Positions 29,198 to 39,519 are shown, numbered from the stretch's first letter. The stretch: DNA of 64,000 nucleotides from an uncultured Verrucomicrobiae bacterium (GCA_963801815.1 CAWDGJ010000003.1:352001-416000); one strand, 5' to 3'. Program-made: numbers and translations. The notes: generated by a model not told the origin, from the sequence alone.

Positions 29198-29668
29198 GTG
29201 AGCAAATCGAGGTCATCTGCGAAACGCCGCATTGTCCGTGAACAGCCGGCGCGGCGTTATGCTGGAAAGGGAATGACGTTACTGGCGCGAAAACACATCG
29301 AGCCGAGCGAAGCGATCAAACACATCACGAAGGGTTTGCCATTCACCGAGCTCGAGCATCTACGCGGCGAACTGGACGAACCACTCGACTCGTTAGCGCG
29401 CCAACTCTCGATGTCACGATCGACATTGCAACGCCGTAAGACCGAACGCCGTCTTTCGCCTGAAGAATCCGATCGGGTGATGCGGTTCTGGCGGATTGTT
29501 CAGTACGCCAAGAAACTTTTCGGGACTGTTGAGCGCGCACGGCAATGGCTGAAGTTCCCGCAATTCGGTCTCGGTGGTGCGGTTCCGCTTGAGTTTGCAA
29601 AGACCGAGGTAGGCGCGCGTGAGGTGGAGGACCTGCTCGGTCGAATTGACTACAGTGTTTATTCCTAG
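29198..29668 (+). CDS. Xre/MbcA/ParS-type antitoxin
   Basis: GLP..L...SRSTLQRRK..RLSPEESDR; ARQWL..P..LGG..PL...TEVGAREVEDLLGRI. Confidence 0.92.
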   Translation: MSKSRSSAKRRIVREQPARRYAGKGMTLLARKHIEPSEAIKHITKGLPFTELEHLRGELDEPLDSLARQLSMSRSTLQRRKTERRLSPEESDRVMRFWRIVQYAKKLFGTVERARQWLKFPQFGLGGAVPLEFAKTEVGAREVEDLLGRIDYSVYS

Positions 29669-29671
29669 CCG

Positions 29672-30136
29672 ATGGCCTCGGCTTGGCGAATCGTTCGCGC
29701 TACGCGTGCTCCGACCGCGTTCACTGGCGAGGGCAGCCGCTTTTCTCCAGGCCGGTGGAATTCGCGCGGGAAAGCAATGATTTATCTCAGTGAGCACGAA
29801 TCGCTTGCTGCACTTGAGATCCTCGTTCACACGAAACCGCTCTCGCCAACGGAACGCTATTTCTCATTTCGGGTCGAGTGGCCTGATGAGCTGACAGAAT
29901 ATTTTTCTGCAAAAAAGCTTCCTCTCAATTGGAATGCGCAGCCGCCGACCATTGCCAGTCGTGCAATCGGTGATCACTGGCTCGACAAAGGACGTTCTCT
30001 CGCGCTCGCGGTTCCGACCCTGCTCAGCACCAGCGAGCTGAACTTTCTCCTGAATCCGGCCCATTCGGATTTCAAGAAAATCAAAATACGAAAGCCGGTT
30101 GAATACCGGTTCGATCCTCGATTTCATCATCGCTGA
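29672..30136 (+). CDS. RES domain toxin (NAD+ phosphorylase family)
   Basis: WRI, GEGS..SPGRWN, YLSE..SLAALE, VPT, NFLLNPAH. Confidence 0.92.
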   Translation: MASAWRIVRATRAPTAFTGEGSRFSPGRWNSRGKAMIYLSEHESLAALEILVHTKPLSPTERYFSFRVEWPDELTEYFSAKKLPLNWNAQPPTIASRAIGDHWLDKGRSLALAVPTLLSTSELNFLLNPAHSDFKKIKIRKPVEYRFDPRFHHR

Positions 30137-30147
30137 TTGATAAGTCG

Positions 30148-32288
30148 CTACTTCGCGATTTTCATCCCGAGTTCTTTGACCAGGAAGGCCCAGCGATCGG
30201 CGGTTTCGTCAATTATCTTGGTCGTGGGTTTGCCAGCGCCGTGGCCGGCTTTGGTTTCGATCCGGATGAGCGTGGGTTTGTCGCAACCTTGCGCGGCTTG
30301 CAAGGTCGCCGCGAACTTGAAACTGTGCGCCGGCACAACGCGATCGTCGTGATCGGCGGTTGTGATTAACGTTGACGGATAACAACAGTCCTTCGCGATG
30401 TGATGAAGCGGTGAGTAGGCATAAAGATATGCGAAAGTCATCCGCGTTTCTGCGCGCTGCCGTAGTCGGAAGTCCAGGCCCAGCCGATGGTGAACTTCTC
30501 GAACCGCAGCATGTCCATCACCCCGACCGCCGGCAGCGTGGCGCCGTAAAGATCGGGCCGTTGGGTCAGGCACGCGCCGACCAGCAAGCCCGCCGTTACT
30601 GCCGCCGCCGATCGCGAGTTTCGGCGTCGACGTATATTTGTTGTCGATCAGGTACTGGGCCGCGGCGATGAAATCGTCGAACACGTTTTGTTTCACGTGC
30701 AGCATTCCGGCTTCGTGCCATTTCTCGCCGTACTCGCCGCCGCCGCGCAGATTCGCGACCGCATAAATTCCGCCCATTTCCATCCAGACCAGGTTCGCCG
30801 GGCTGAAAACGATGGCGTGATGGAGATATCGAATCCGCCGTAGCCGTAAAGATATGTCGGATTCTGGCCGTCGCGTCTTCATTCCCTTTTTGTAGGAGAT
30901 GAACATCGGAACGCGCGTTCCATCGGCGCTCTTGTAGAAAGACCTGGTCGGTCGTGTAATCGTCCGGATTGAATTTTACTTTCGGTTTGAAAAGGACCTC
31001 GCTCGCGCGTTTGTCGAAATCGTAGCGAAAAATCTCGGTCGGCGTGGTGTAACTGGTGAACGAATAAAATGTCTCGCGATCTTTGGCCTTTCCGGTGAAA
31101 CCCGCCCGCAGTGCCAAGCGCCGGCAAGTCGATCTCGCCGTCGGCGGTGCCGTCACGCTTGAATAGTTTCACCGCGCTATGTGCGTCCTTGAGGTAAAGC
31201 GCGACGAAATGGTCGCCCGACACTGCTGACCGCTTCGAGTTTGTCTTTCGATTCCGGAACGAGCTCGGCAACTTTCGCCGGCAGCGGCTTGCAGGTGTTG
31301 ACGGCAATAATGCGGCCCAGCGGCGCGTTCAAATCGGTCTTGAACATGAAGATCGGTCCCTCGTTGTCGATGAAGCTGATACTCCGCGTCTGCTTGATCG
31401 AGCAGCTCGACCACGCTGGACTTCGGGTCGACAAGGTTCTTGTAGAAAATGCGGTTCTTCGGATCGGTGCCGCGCTGGACGGTGATGATGAGATAACGCC
31501 CGTCGTCGGTAACTTCGGCGTTAAAGAGCCACTCTTTCTGGTCGGGTCGCTCGTAAATTAGTTTGTCCTGCGATTGCGGTGTTCCGAGCTGGTGAAAGAA
31601 AAGTTTGTGATTGTAAACCTGCGCGCGGAGCTTGTTTTTCTCGTCCGGCTTGTCGTAACGGCTGTAAAAAAATCCGCTGCCGTCCTTCTTCCACGAAGCG
31701 TTTGAGAATTTCACCCAATCAATCAGATCTGTTCGATCCTTACCGGTCGCGACGTCGCGAACTTTCCATTGCTGCCAATCAGAGCCGCCAGTGGCAAGGC
31801 CGTAAGCCATTAGCCGGGAATCATCGGTGACGTCCATGCCACCAAGCGCGATCGTCCCATCCTTAGCCAGCGAATTCGGGTCGAGCAGTTCGCGAGGCTT
31901 CTCGGAAAAGCTTGCCGCAGTGTAGAGAACGTTTTGGTTTTGCAGGCCGCTATTCTTGGAAAAGAAGTAGTGGTCCTTCTCCTTGAAGGGAATTCCGAAG
32001 CGCTCGAAGTCCCAAACTTCAGTCAGTCGTTTTTCGATTCCATCGCGCTCAGGAATCGTCTTCAGAAAGTCGAATGTGATTTTGTTCTCGGCTTCGATCC
32101 ATTGCCGCGACTCGGGCGAGTCCGGGTTTTCCAACGGGCGGTAGGGATCGGCGACTTTGGCGCTGGGATAATCGTCCACCTGGTCGCTTGTTGGTGCTGT
32201 CGGATATTTGAATTCCTTCGGCGAATCCGCTGCGAAAATAAAATTGAGTGGTGCTAGAAGCAGAAGCGCCAGAAAACCTCGAGCCATA
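30148..32288 (-). CDS. Prolyl oligopeptidase (S9A), secreted; multiple frameshifts between ~30400 and ~31400
   Basis: Signal peptide from ATG 32288; [24 protein letters not shown] nucleophile; [15 protein letters not shown]. Confidence 0.88.
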
Positions 32289-32407
32289 AAACAGTCAGCG
32301 AATATGGCGAGCCTCGAAGGATCGGCAATTATTAATGATAAAGCAGAAAAAAGCATTCGTTTCACAGCGCTGCTCTGGTAGAAACGCGCGCGCTCTGACG
32401 ATCGACG

Positions 32408-32821
32408 ATGAAAGCTTTCCTGGCCCGGATCCGAAATCGCGCCTTTGCGCCAGTGGACATCGCCTCGCTGGTGTTCCTTCGGATCACGTTTGGACTTCTG
32501 ATGGTTTGGGAGGTCTGCCGATATTTCCGGAACGATTCGATTTATCACTTCTGGCTCGAACCGAGATTTCTGTTCAAGTACTACGGCTTTTCCTGGATCC
32601 ATCCCGGGCCGGGCCATTGGCTTTACATTCATCGGGCGGCACTTGGCGTTCTTGGGCTGTTCGTCGCCGTTGGATTTCTTTATCGGATCAGGGTCCAGGC
32701 TCGAATCTTTGTGTCGATCAACGGGCGCAAACCCGTTCTATATATAGATCCAATGAATATTGCTGCAATTATTCGGCGTAAATTAATTCGATTCGGCAGG
32801 TGGCATTGCGGCTGCTTTTAG
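32408..32821 (+). pseudogene. HTTM / vitamin K-dependent gamma-carboxylase-like remnant with a large internal deletion
   Basis: N-terminal APVDIASLVFLRITFG...FLFKYYGFSWI...GFLYR joined directly to C-terminal-like VSINGRKPVLYIDP near 32690. Confidence 0.65.
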
Positions 32822-32881
32822 GAAATGCGCAAGCTGGGAGCTCAAACAAACTGAAATTGAATTAACTCCTCAAGCTTCAGC

Positions 32882-32913
32882 AGCGCGGCCGTTTGTTCGG
32901 CCGCGCTTTTTTT
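32882..32913 (+). terminator. Intrinsic terminator
   Basis: AGCGCGGCCG-TTTGTT-CGGCCGCGCT followed by a T-run. Confidence 0.75.
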
Positions 32914-32970
32914 GGCAACGTGACGTTGCATCCAATTGCCGCTGCGCGACAGATTAGTCGGCCGCGTGGC

Positions 32971-35900
32971 TTACGATTGCTTCCAGCCGTTGCCGTTTCC
33001 GTCGCGAGCCAGGGCGGGCTCGAGTTCGGACGTAACCTCGGCACCTTCCGCGCCTTCGAGGTCAGGATCCATCAGCGATTTCTCGTGATGCTCCTTGGCA
33101 ATCAGCATGTAAAGCGAGGGAACGATGAAAAGCGTAAAGATGGTTCCAATCGTCATCCCGCCGACGAGCACGAGACCGATTGAATTTCGCGCGGCGGCGC
33201 CGGCACCGGTAACGAGGGTGAGGGGAAAGTGACCTGCCACAGTCGCGACGCTTGTCATCATGACGGGTCGCAAACGGATCCGCGCAGCTTGCGCGATTGC
33301 AGCCAGTTTTGCCATCCCTTCGCGTTGCAACTCATTCGCAAATTGTACGATCAAGATTCCGTTCTTGGAAACCAGGCCGACCAGCGTCACCAGACCGACC
33401 TCAGAGTAAATGTTAAGCGTCGTCGTGAAATGATCGGTGAAAAAGGTTCCGAACGGCATTTTCAGAAACGTGAACAACAGTGCGCCGAAGATTGCGAGCG
33501 GTACCGATCCAAGAAGAATAATTAACGGATCGCGGAAGCTATTGAACTGCGCGGCCAGAACAAGAAAAATCAAAATAATCGCAAGGGTAAATACCGCTCC
33601 GAACTTGCTGCCTTCGGTGTGTAGCTGACGAGATTCGCCCGTGTAATCGACGATGTAGCCTTTCGGTAAAATTTTCTGCGCCTCGTCTTCGAGGAATTTC
33701 AATGTCGTATCGAGCGAGCGCGTGGGCACACCGCTCAGGGTAACCGCGTTGAGCTGCTGCATGCGATTAAGCGAGCGCGCGACGGTCTTGTGACGGATTG
33801 AAGCCACCGTGCTCAACGGAATGAGCTGATTGTTCGGACCGGTTACGTAAATGTCTTTGAGCTGCTCCGGATTTAAACGATCGATGCGTTTGATCTGCGG
33901 GATCACCTTGTAGCTGCGGCCGGCGATGTTGAACCAGTTGACGTAATTACCGCCGATCGCGGCGGACAGGTCGCCGCCAACCTTCTGCATGTCCAAACCC
34001 ATCGATGCGACCTTGTCGTGGTCGAAAATGATTTCGGATTGAGGCTGATCGATCTTGGTGTCGATGTCCGAAAACTGAAACATGTGCGCTTGCATGGCCT
34101 TGCCTTGGAGCTCCTGGGCAAATTCGAGAATTCGCTCGGGATCCGCGGTGGAAGTGATGACGAAACTCACTGGAAAATTATCTGCGCCTGGAAGTGCTGC
34201 CGGCATGACCGGGAACATTCGAATGCCTGGAATACCTCCAAGCTTTTGCTGGATAAGCGGCAGATAATTTTTTGTCGGTGTCTTGCGCACACCCCACGGT
34301 TTCAAAACCATTCCGCCAAAACCGTTATCGGGAAATGTCAGTTGAAACGTGAACCTTACGTCCGGAACATCGGCAAAAATCTTGCCGGCGGCATCGGCGT
34401 AGCGAATCGTGTCGTCGATCGTTGCGTTTGCCGGCGCAGTCATGATACCGAAGATCACGCTTTGATCTTCTTGGGGAGCTAACTCGCGAGGCGACATGTA
34501 CCAAAACAGCGCGCCCAAAAGCGACAGACCGATCCAAACTGTGTAAACGGCCGGCCGCGCGGCCAGCGTGCGATCGAGGCGACTGCCGTACCAATCGCGG
34601 AACCGATCGAACGTCCGAGTGACGAAACCGCTGAAGCCGGTTTCGACCTGTTCCGCGCGCAGCAAATACGCCGACATCACCGGAGACAGAACAAGTGCGA
34701 CCACGCCAGAAATGAAAACGGCGCCAGCGAGGGTGAGCGCAAATTCTCGAAAAAGCGCGCCGGTCAATCCACCTTGCAATGCGATCGGCGTGTAAACCGC
34801 GGCGAGCGTGATCGTCATCGCGATAATCGGACCGACCAATTCGCGTGCGCCGACCAGCGCCGCGTTCATGCGCGACATGCCCTCTCGCATGTGGCGCTCG
34901 ATATTCTCGACGACGACAATCGCATCATCGACTACAAGTCCGACCGAGAGCACGATCGCGAGCAGCGTCAGCAGGTTCAACGTGAAGCCGAACAACTGCA
35001 TTAAAAAGAGTGCACCAATCAGCGAAATCGGGATCGCGACAACAGGCACGACAACGGACCGGACTGAGCCGAGAAACAAAAAGATTACGACCATCACGAT
35101 CAGCAATGTGTCGATCAAAGTTTTTACCACCTCATGGATCGCGTCGTTAATGTAAGCGGTCGCGTCGTATGCCATTTCGGCCTTCATGCCCGACGGCAAT
35201 TCCTTCTGGATTTGATCGAGTTCAGTGCGCACTCGCTTGATCACGTCGATGGAGTTCGCGTTCGGCAAAACCCAGATGCCCATGAAAACGGCTTTCTGGC
35301 CGGAGAATCGGACTTCGGTGTTGTAATCCTCTGATCCGAGCACGACGTCCGCGATGTCGCTGAGCCGAATCAGATTTCCTTTGTCCTGTTTTACCACGAG
35401 TTGTTTGAATTGATCGGCAGTGTGGAGATCGGTGTTGGCAGTGAGGTTCACCTGGAGCAGGGAGCCTTTCGTGCTGCCGACCGCGGCCAGATAATTGTTT
35501 CGCGACAACGCGCTGCGCACATCCGACGGACTGATATTCAAAGCCGCCATGCGTTCCGGCTTGAGCCAGATGCGCATCGCGAACGTGCGACCACCCAGAA
35601 TGTCAGCCCGCTGCACGCCACTAATCGAAGTTAGACGAGGTTGAACGAGCCGGACCAGATAGTCGGTGACCTCGTTAGGCTGCAGAATGTCGGACGTAAA
35701 ACTCAAGTAGGCTGAGGCGATCTGCGAATCGGCCGGGATAATAGTAATTACCGGAATCTGCGACTCGGGCGGCAAAAAATTACGGACCGCATCGACTTTC
35801 GAGCTGATGTCCGAGAGTGCCTTGTTCGCGTCATAATTTAACTTCAGACGCGCCGTGATCGTAGAAACGCCCTGCTGGCTCTGTGATTGTAAGTAATCGA

Positions 35901-36132
35901 TGCCGTCAGCGGCCGCAATCGCGCGTTCGAGCGGCGTAGTGATAAAGCCGCGCACTAGTTCGGCATCGGCGCCCACGTAAATAGTTGTCACCGTGATCGC
36001 AGCGATATCGCTGCGTGGATATTGACGCACGTTGATCGTCTTCATTGCCTGCAAGCCGGCAATGAGAATCACAAGGCTGACTACTATCGCCAGCACCGGG
36101 CGCTTGATGAAAAGGTCAGTGAAACTTTTCAT
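32971..36132 (-). CDS. RND efflux permease (AcrB/MexW-like)
   Basis: FIKRPVLA, GLVVDDAIVVVEN, GLVSKNGILIV, RLRPVMMT; 1053 aa. Confidence 0.96.
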   Translation of the reverse strand: MKSFTDLFIKRPVLAIVVSLVILIAGLQAMKTINVRQYPRSDIAAITVTTIYVGADAELVRGFITTPLERAIAAADGIDYLQSQSQQGVSTITARLKLNYDANKALSDISSKVDAVRNFLPPESQIPVITIIPADSQIASAYLSFTSDILQPNEVTDYLVRLVQPRLTSISGVQRADILGGRTFAMRIWLKPERMAALNISPSDVRSALSRNNYLAAVGSTKGSLLQVNLTANTDLHTADQFKQLVVKQDKGNLIRLSDIADVVLGSEDYNTEVRFSGQKAVFMGIWVLPNANSIDVIKRVRTELDQIQKELPSGMKAEMAYDATAYINDAIHEVVKTLIDTLLIVMVVIFLFLGSVRSVVVPVVAIPISLIGALFLMQLFGFTLNLLTLLAIVLSVGLVVDDAIVVVENIERHMREGMSRMNAALVGARELVGPIIAMTITLAAVYTPIALQGGLTGALFREFALTLAGAVFISGVVALVLSPVMSAYLLRAEQVETGFSGFVTRTFDRFRDWYGSRLDRTLAARPAVYTVWIGLSLLGALFWYMSPRELAPQEDQSVIFGIMTAPANATIDDTIRYADAAGKIFADVPDVRFTFQLTFPDNGFGGMVLKPWGVRKTPTKNYLPLIQQKLGGIPGIRMFPVMPAALPGADNFPVSFVITSTADPERILEFAQELQGKAMQAHMFQFSDIDTKIDQPQSEIIFDHDKVASMGLDMQKVGGDLSAAIGGNYVNWFNIAGRSYKVIPQIKRIDRLNPEQLKDIYVTGPNNQLIPLSTVASIRHKTVARSLNRMQQLNAVTLSGVPTRSLDTTLKFLEDEAQKILPKGYIVDYTGESRQLHTEGSKFGAVFTLAIILIFLVLAAQFNSFRDPLIILLGSVPLAIFGALLFTFLKMPFGTFFTDHFTTTLNIYSEVGLVTLVGLVSKNGILIVQFANELQREGMAKLAAIAQAARIRLRPVMMTSVATVAGHFPLTLVTGAGAAARNSIGLVLVGGMTIGTIFTLFIVPSLYMLIAKEHHEKSLMDPDLEGAEGAEVTSELEPALARDGNGNGWKQS

Positions 36133-36147
36133 CTCGATCGCGTGAAC

Positions 36148-36281
36148 AAAATTCGAAATCCGAAACCCGAATTTCGAAACAAATCCGAATGCTCAAAATT
36201 CGAACCGCCAAAGCAAAGCTTCGCTTTGGTTTTTTGGATTTTGGAAATTGTTTCGGAATTTGACATTCGGATTTCGAGTTT
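36148..36281. repeat. Inverted pair of heptamer arrays (AATCCGA-like / TCGGATT-like)
   Basis: AAATTCGAAATCCGAAACCCGAATTTCGAAACAAATCCGAA... then ...TTGTTTCGGAATTTGACATTCGGATTTCGAGTTT. Confidence 0.75.
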
Positions 36282-36285
36282 GCAC

Positions 36286-37620
36286 TTAGGAATCTGCCGG
36301 CGTCGGGTTCAACTGCGGTTTGGGCGCGAGATCGTTGTTGACGGTCACGTTCATACCGTTGCGCAGTTTGAATACCCCGGTGCTTACTATGACATCGCCT
36401 GCTTTCAGTCCTTCTGTAACGGAAACAAAATCACCCCGCGCTTCGCCAATTCGGACAAATGCCTGCCGCAAAGTTTGCGATTCCTTGCCGGTCTTCTCAT
36501 CCTTTTTCTTGTCGATGACGAAAACCGAATCGCCGTACGGCGCATAGGACACCGCGCTACCCGGAATCACGAGCGTTTTGCTTTTCTCCGGCAATATAAC
36601 GTCGACCTTCACAAACATTCCCGGTTTCAGCGCGTGGTCCGGATTTTCGAGCGTCGCCTGCAGAGTCATGTTGCGCGTCACTGTGTCGATCATCGAATTC
36701 AACGCGGTCAATTTGCCTTTGAATTCGCGGCCCGGCGCCGCGTCCGTGCGCACACGTGCTTCCAACCCGGGAGCGAGTTTCGATAATTCCTGTTGCGGCA
36801 GTGCAAAATCGACAAACACCGGGTCGAGCGAAGTCAACTGCACGACCGGCGTTCGCGCATCGATCGATTGACCGACATTGACCTGACGAATGCCGAGCTG
36901 TCCGTCGAACGGCGCGTGAACTTCTTTCTTCCCGATAAACGAGCGAATGTTATCCACCGCGCCTTTTTTTTGACCGAATGCTGACTCGGAAGCATCAAGC
37001 TCTTGCTTGGAAACAACTTTTCGCGCGGCCAAATCCCGCGTCCGTTGAAGATTGGCGCGGGCCAATTCTAAGTCGGCTTCAGCAGTGCGGAGTTGTGCCT
37101 CCTCCGCCGAAGTATCAAGTTTCATCAGGGTATCGCCCTTCTTCGCTTCACCGCCATTTTGGAAATCGACTTGCGCAACTACGCCGCCGAGCTCCGTTGA
37201 AACGATCGCGCCTTGCACGGCCGATACCGATCCGACCGCAGAAAGAACGGGCGCCCAATCTTCTTCGTTGACCGTTGCGCTCGCCACCGTCGTTGCCGGA
37301 GGTGTCATTTTAGCGGCCATCGCGCCCATTCTGCCGAACTGCATCGCCTTCAGGTCAATCAGCAGAAGAAAAATCGCGAGGACGGCAAAAACAGCAGCCG
37401 AAGTCGTGCGGCCGGAACGGAATCGTCGAAAGGCAATAAATCCAAACCAGACGACCAATGCGGTCACGGCGGCGATGACAATGAGCATCATTGCAAACTT
37501 CAAGAAAATCAGACCGACAACAGCCGCGACAAAGATCAGCATGTAAAGCACGGGCCAGATCCAGCGAACCCGACCCTTTTTCTTTTGTTCAAGAGTAGTT
37601 GGTTTCAAAACGTCATGCAT
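36286..37620 (-). CDS. RND efflux periplasmic adaptor (MFP)
   Basis: APFDGQLG, LKPGMFV, N-terminal TM segments; upstream of the RND permease. Confidence 0.95.
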   Translation of the reverse strand: MHDVLKPTTLEQKKKGRVRWIWPVLYMLIFVAAVVGLIFLKFAMMLIVIAAVTALVVWFGFIAFRRFRSGRTTSAAVFAVLAIFLLLIDLKAMQFGRMGAMAAKMTPPATTVASATVNEEDWAPVLSAVGSVSAVQGAIVSTELGGVVAQVDFQNGGEAKKGDTLMKLDTSAEEAQLRTAEADLELARANLQRTRDLAARKVVSKQELDASESAFGQKKGAVDNIRSFIGKKEVHAPFDGQLGIRQVNVGQSIDARTPVVQLTSLDPVFVDFALPQQELSKLAPGLEARVRTDAAPGREFKGKLTALNSMIDTVTRNMTLQATLENPDHALKPGMFVKVDVILPEKSKTLVIPGSAVSYAPYGDSVFVIDKKKDEKTGKESQTLRQAFVRIGEARGDFVSVTEGLKAGDVIVSTGVFKLRNGMNVTVNNDLAPKPQLNPTPADS

Positions 37621-38245
37621 GAGCGGTTTCGGTCTCCGGCTTAAATAACGATCGCCAAAGTCTGCGTGTCACGCCGAGCTGCCGTGCGCGGCGTTCGGCC
37701 GCTGTCATTTCCTGCGGTTGCAAAATATCAAGCATCAACATTCCGCGTGCGACCGCGAAAATCAGTTCCGCCAGCTCTCGCGGCGTTTGCCCATGCAACG
37801 CGTTTTGGCCTTCCGGAGAGCGTGCAATCAACTTGATCACGCCGTCCATAGATGTGTTTAAAACGTCGCGAACAAGGTCGGCCACCGCCGGATTTCTTGA
37901 CGCTTCCGCATAAAGATCGACCACGAAGGCCGAAACAACTCGTGGTTCGCTTTCGGCGCAGTGGGCCGTAAAAAGAATTTCTAACGATTCGAGTAAGGTC
38001 GGCGCCTGTCCGGCGCGCTCGAGCAAATCAGAAATTTCCTTTTTGTGCCGGTCGGCCATCGCCGCGATGACCGCTTCTTTGTTTTGAAAGTAACGGTAGA
38101 TCAGGCCGACGCTGATCCCGGCCTCCGCGCTGATGTCGTGCATGCTCGCCTGATGAAAACCGCGTTTGGCGAAGCAGACGACCGCAGCCTCGAGGATCTG
38201 CGTCCGGCGATCGAGTGTTGTGGGTTCAACGATGGCTTGAGACAT
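37613..38245 (-). CDS. TetR/AcrR family regulator
   Basis: ILEAA..FAKRGFHQASMHDISAEAGISVGLIYRYFQNKE. Confidence 0.95.
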   Translation of the reverse strand: MSQAIVEPTTLDRRTQILEAAVVCFAKRGFHQASMHDISAEAGISVGLIYRYFQNKEAVIAAMADRHKKEISDLLERAGQAPTLLESLEILFTAHCAESEPRVVSAFVVDLYAEASRNPAVADLVRDVLNTSMDGVIKLIARSPEGQNALHGQTPRELAELIFAVARGMLMLDILQPQEMTAAERRARQLGVTRRLWRSLFKPETETAHA

Positions 38246-38253
38246 TGAGCCAA

Positions 38254-38281
38254 GACAATGAATGAACGTTCATTCATTGTC
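38254..38281. promoter_or_regulatory. Perfect 28-bp palindrome, likely TetR operator
   Basis: GACAATGAATGAAC/GTTCATTCATTGTC just upstream of the TetR ATG, overlapping a minus-strand TTGACA. Confidence 0.8.
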
Positions 38282-38293
38282 AAACAGCCCGCA

Positions 38294-38476
38294 TTACGAA
38301 GCCATTTGGGTTGCGACCCGCCGGTCCATGGTCGCCTGCCCGATTTGCAACGGTTGTTCGGCGAACTGCCAGATTGTGGCAATCACGCTAAGCGCCACCA
38401 AAGCGTAGATCGCCGTTTCCAGAATGTTCCGGCCCTTCTCTTCCGACTGCATCAACAACTTGTAAGTGCTATTCAT
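38294..38476 (-). CDS. Small single-TM hypothetical protein (60 aa)
   Basis: Purine-rich RBS (GGGAGAAAGGGAAAC) before ATG; hydrophobic AIYALVALSVIATIW. Confidence 0.6.
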   Translation of the reverse strand: MNSTYKLLMQSEEKGRNILETAIYALVALSVIATIWQFAEQPLQIGQATMDRRVATQMAS

Positions 38477-38574
38477 GTTTCCCTTTCTCCCTCAGAACGC
38501 TTCCGAGTCCCTCTTTTGTCTATAAAGTGACCGCGCGTTATGATTGGTGTTCAAAGATTCGATGCGACAACGTG

Positions 38575-39519
38575 ATGAATCGGATTCGAAATAATTTTCT
38601 CCGCGAGTTTTCGCCTGACGGACACTATCTTGTCGGAGTGTCAGGCGGGCGCGATTCTGTCGCGCTTTTGCATTGCCTCGTGGATGCCGGTTACAAAGAT
38701 TTAGTTGTTTGTCACTTGAATCATCAGCTTCGCGGCCGCGCGAGTGACGCCGACGCTCTGTTCGTTACAAAACTTGCGGACAAGCATCGTGTCGACCTTG
38801 TGGTCAAGTCGGCCAATGTTCGCGCACTTGCCGCAAAGAAAAAGATGTCGATCGAAACGGCGGCGCGCGATGCACGCTACAAATTTTTTGCGAAAATGGC
38901 CAAACGCCGGCGTTGCCGAACGATTTTCCTAGGTCACCACGCCGACGACGTTGTCGAAACTTTCCTGATTAATCTGTTTCGGGGTTCGGGGACAACCGGT
39001 CTCGCATCGATGCGCGAGGTTTCAAACCGTCGCATCGGCGATGTCGATCTCAAGGTCGTTAGGCCTTTGCTCGGAATCTGGCGCAGCGAGATCGATCGTT
39101 ACGTCCGATCGTATCGACTGAAGTTCCGCGAAGATGCGTCGAACAAAAATCCCACGCCACTCCGTAACCGGATTCGTCGGCGCGTCATTCCTTATTTGGA
39201 AAAAACGCTCAGCCGAAACATTCGACAAAGTATCTGGCGCGCAGCCATGATTGGCGCCGAGGAAGAAGCTTGGATTCAAAATCAGCTGCCGAATTCAAGC
39301 GATGCCCAACTTTCGGTTGCCGAATTGCGTGATTTACCGATCGCGCTTCAACGCCGCCAGATCTTGAAGTGGTTGCGCGCGCACAGCATTGGCAACGTCG
39401 GCTTCGATGTCGTGGAAAACGTCCGCGCTTTGCTCGACCAGAGCGGTCGCGTAGCCAAGACCAACCTTCCGCAGGATCGGCATGTGCGACGGCGGGCCGG
39501 CCATGTTTTTCTAGAATGA
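38575..39519 (+). CDS. tilS: tRNA(Ile)-lysidine synthetase
   Basis: GVSGGRDS PP-loop, HLNHQLR, ARDARY, GHHADD..ET, RPLL, RNRIR. Confidence 0.95.
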   Translation: MNRIRNNFLREFSPDGHYLVGVSGGRDSVALLHCLVDAGYKDLVVCHLNHQLRGRASDADALFVTKLADKHRVDLVVKSANVRALAAKKKMSIETAARDARYKFFAKMAKRRRCRTIFLGHHADDVVETFLINLFRGSGTTGLASMREVSNRRIGDVDLKVVRPLLGIWRSEIDRYVRSYRLKFREDASNKNPTPLRNRIRRRVIPYLEKTLSRNIRQSIWRAAMIGAEEEAWIQNQLPNSSDAQLSVAELRDLPIALQRRQILKWLRAHSIGNVGFDVVENVRALLDQSGRVAKTNLPQDRHVRRRAGHVFLE

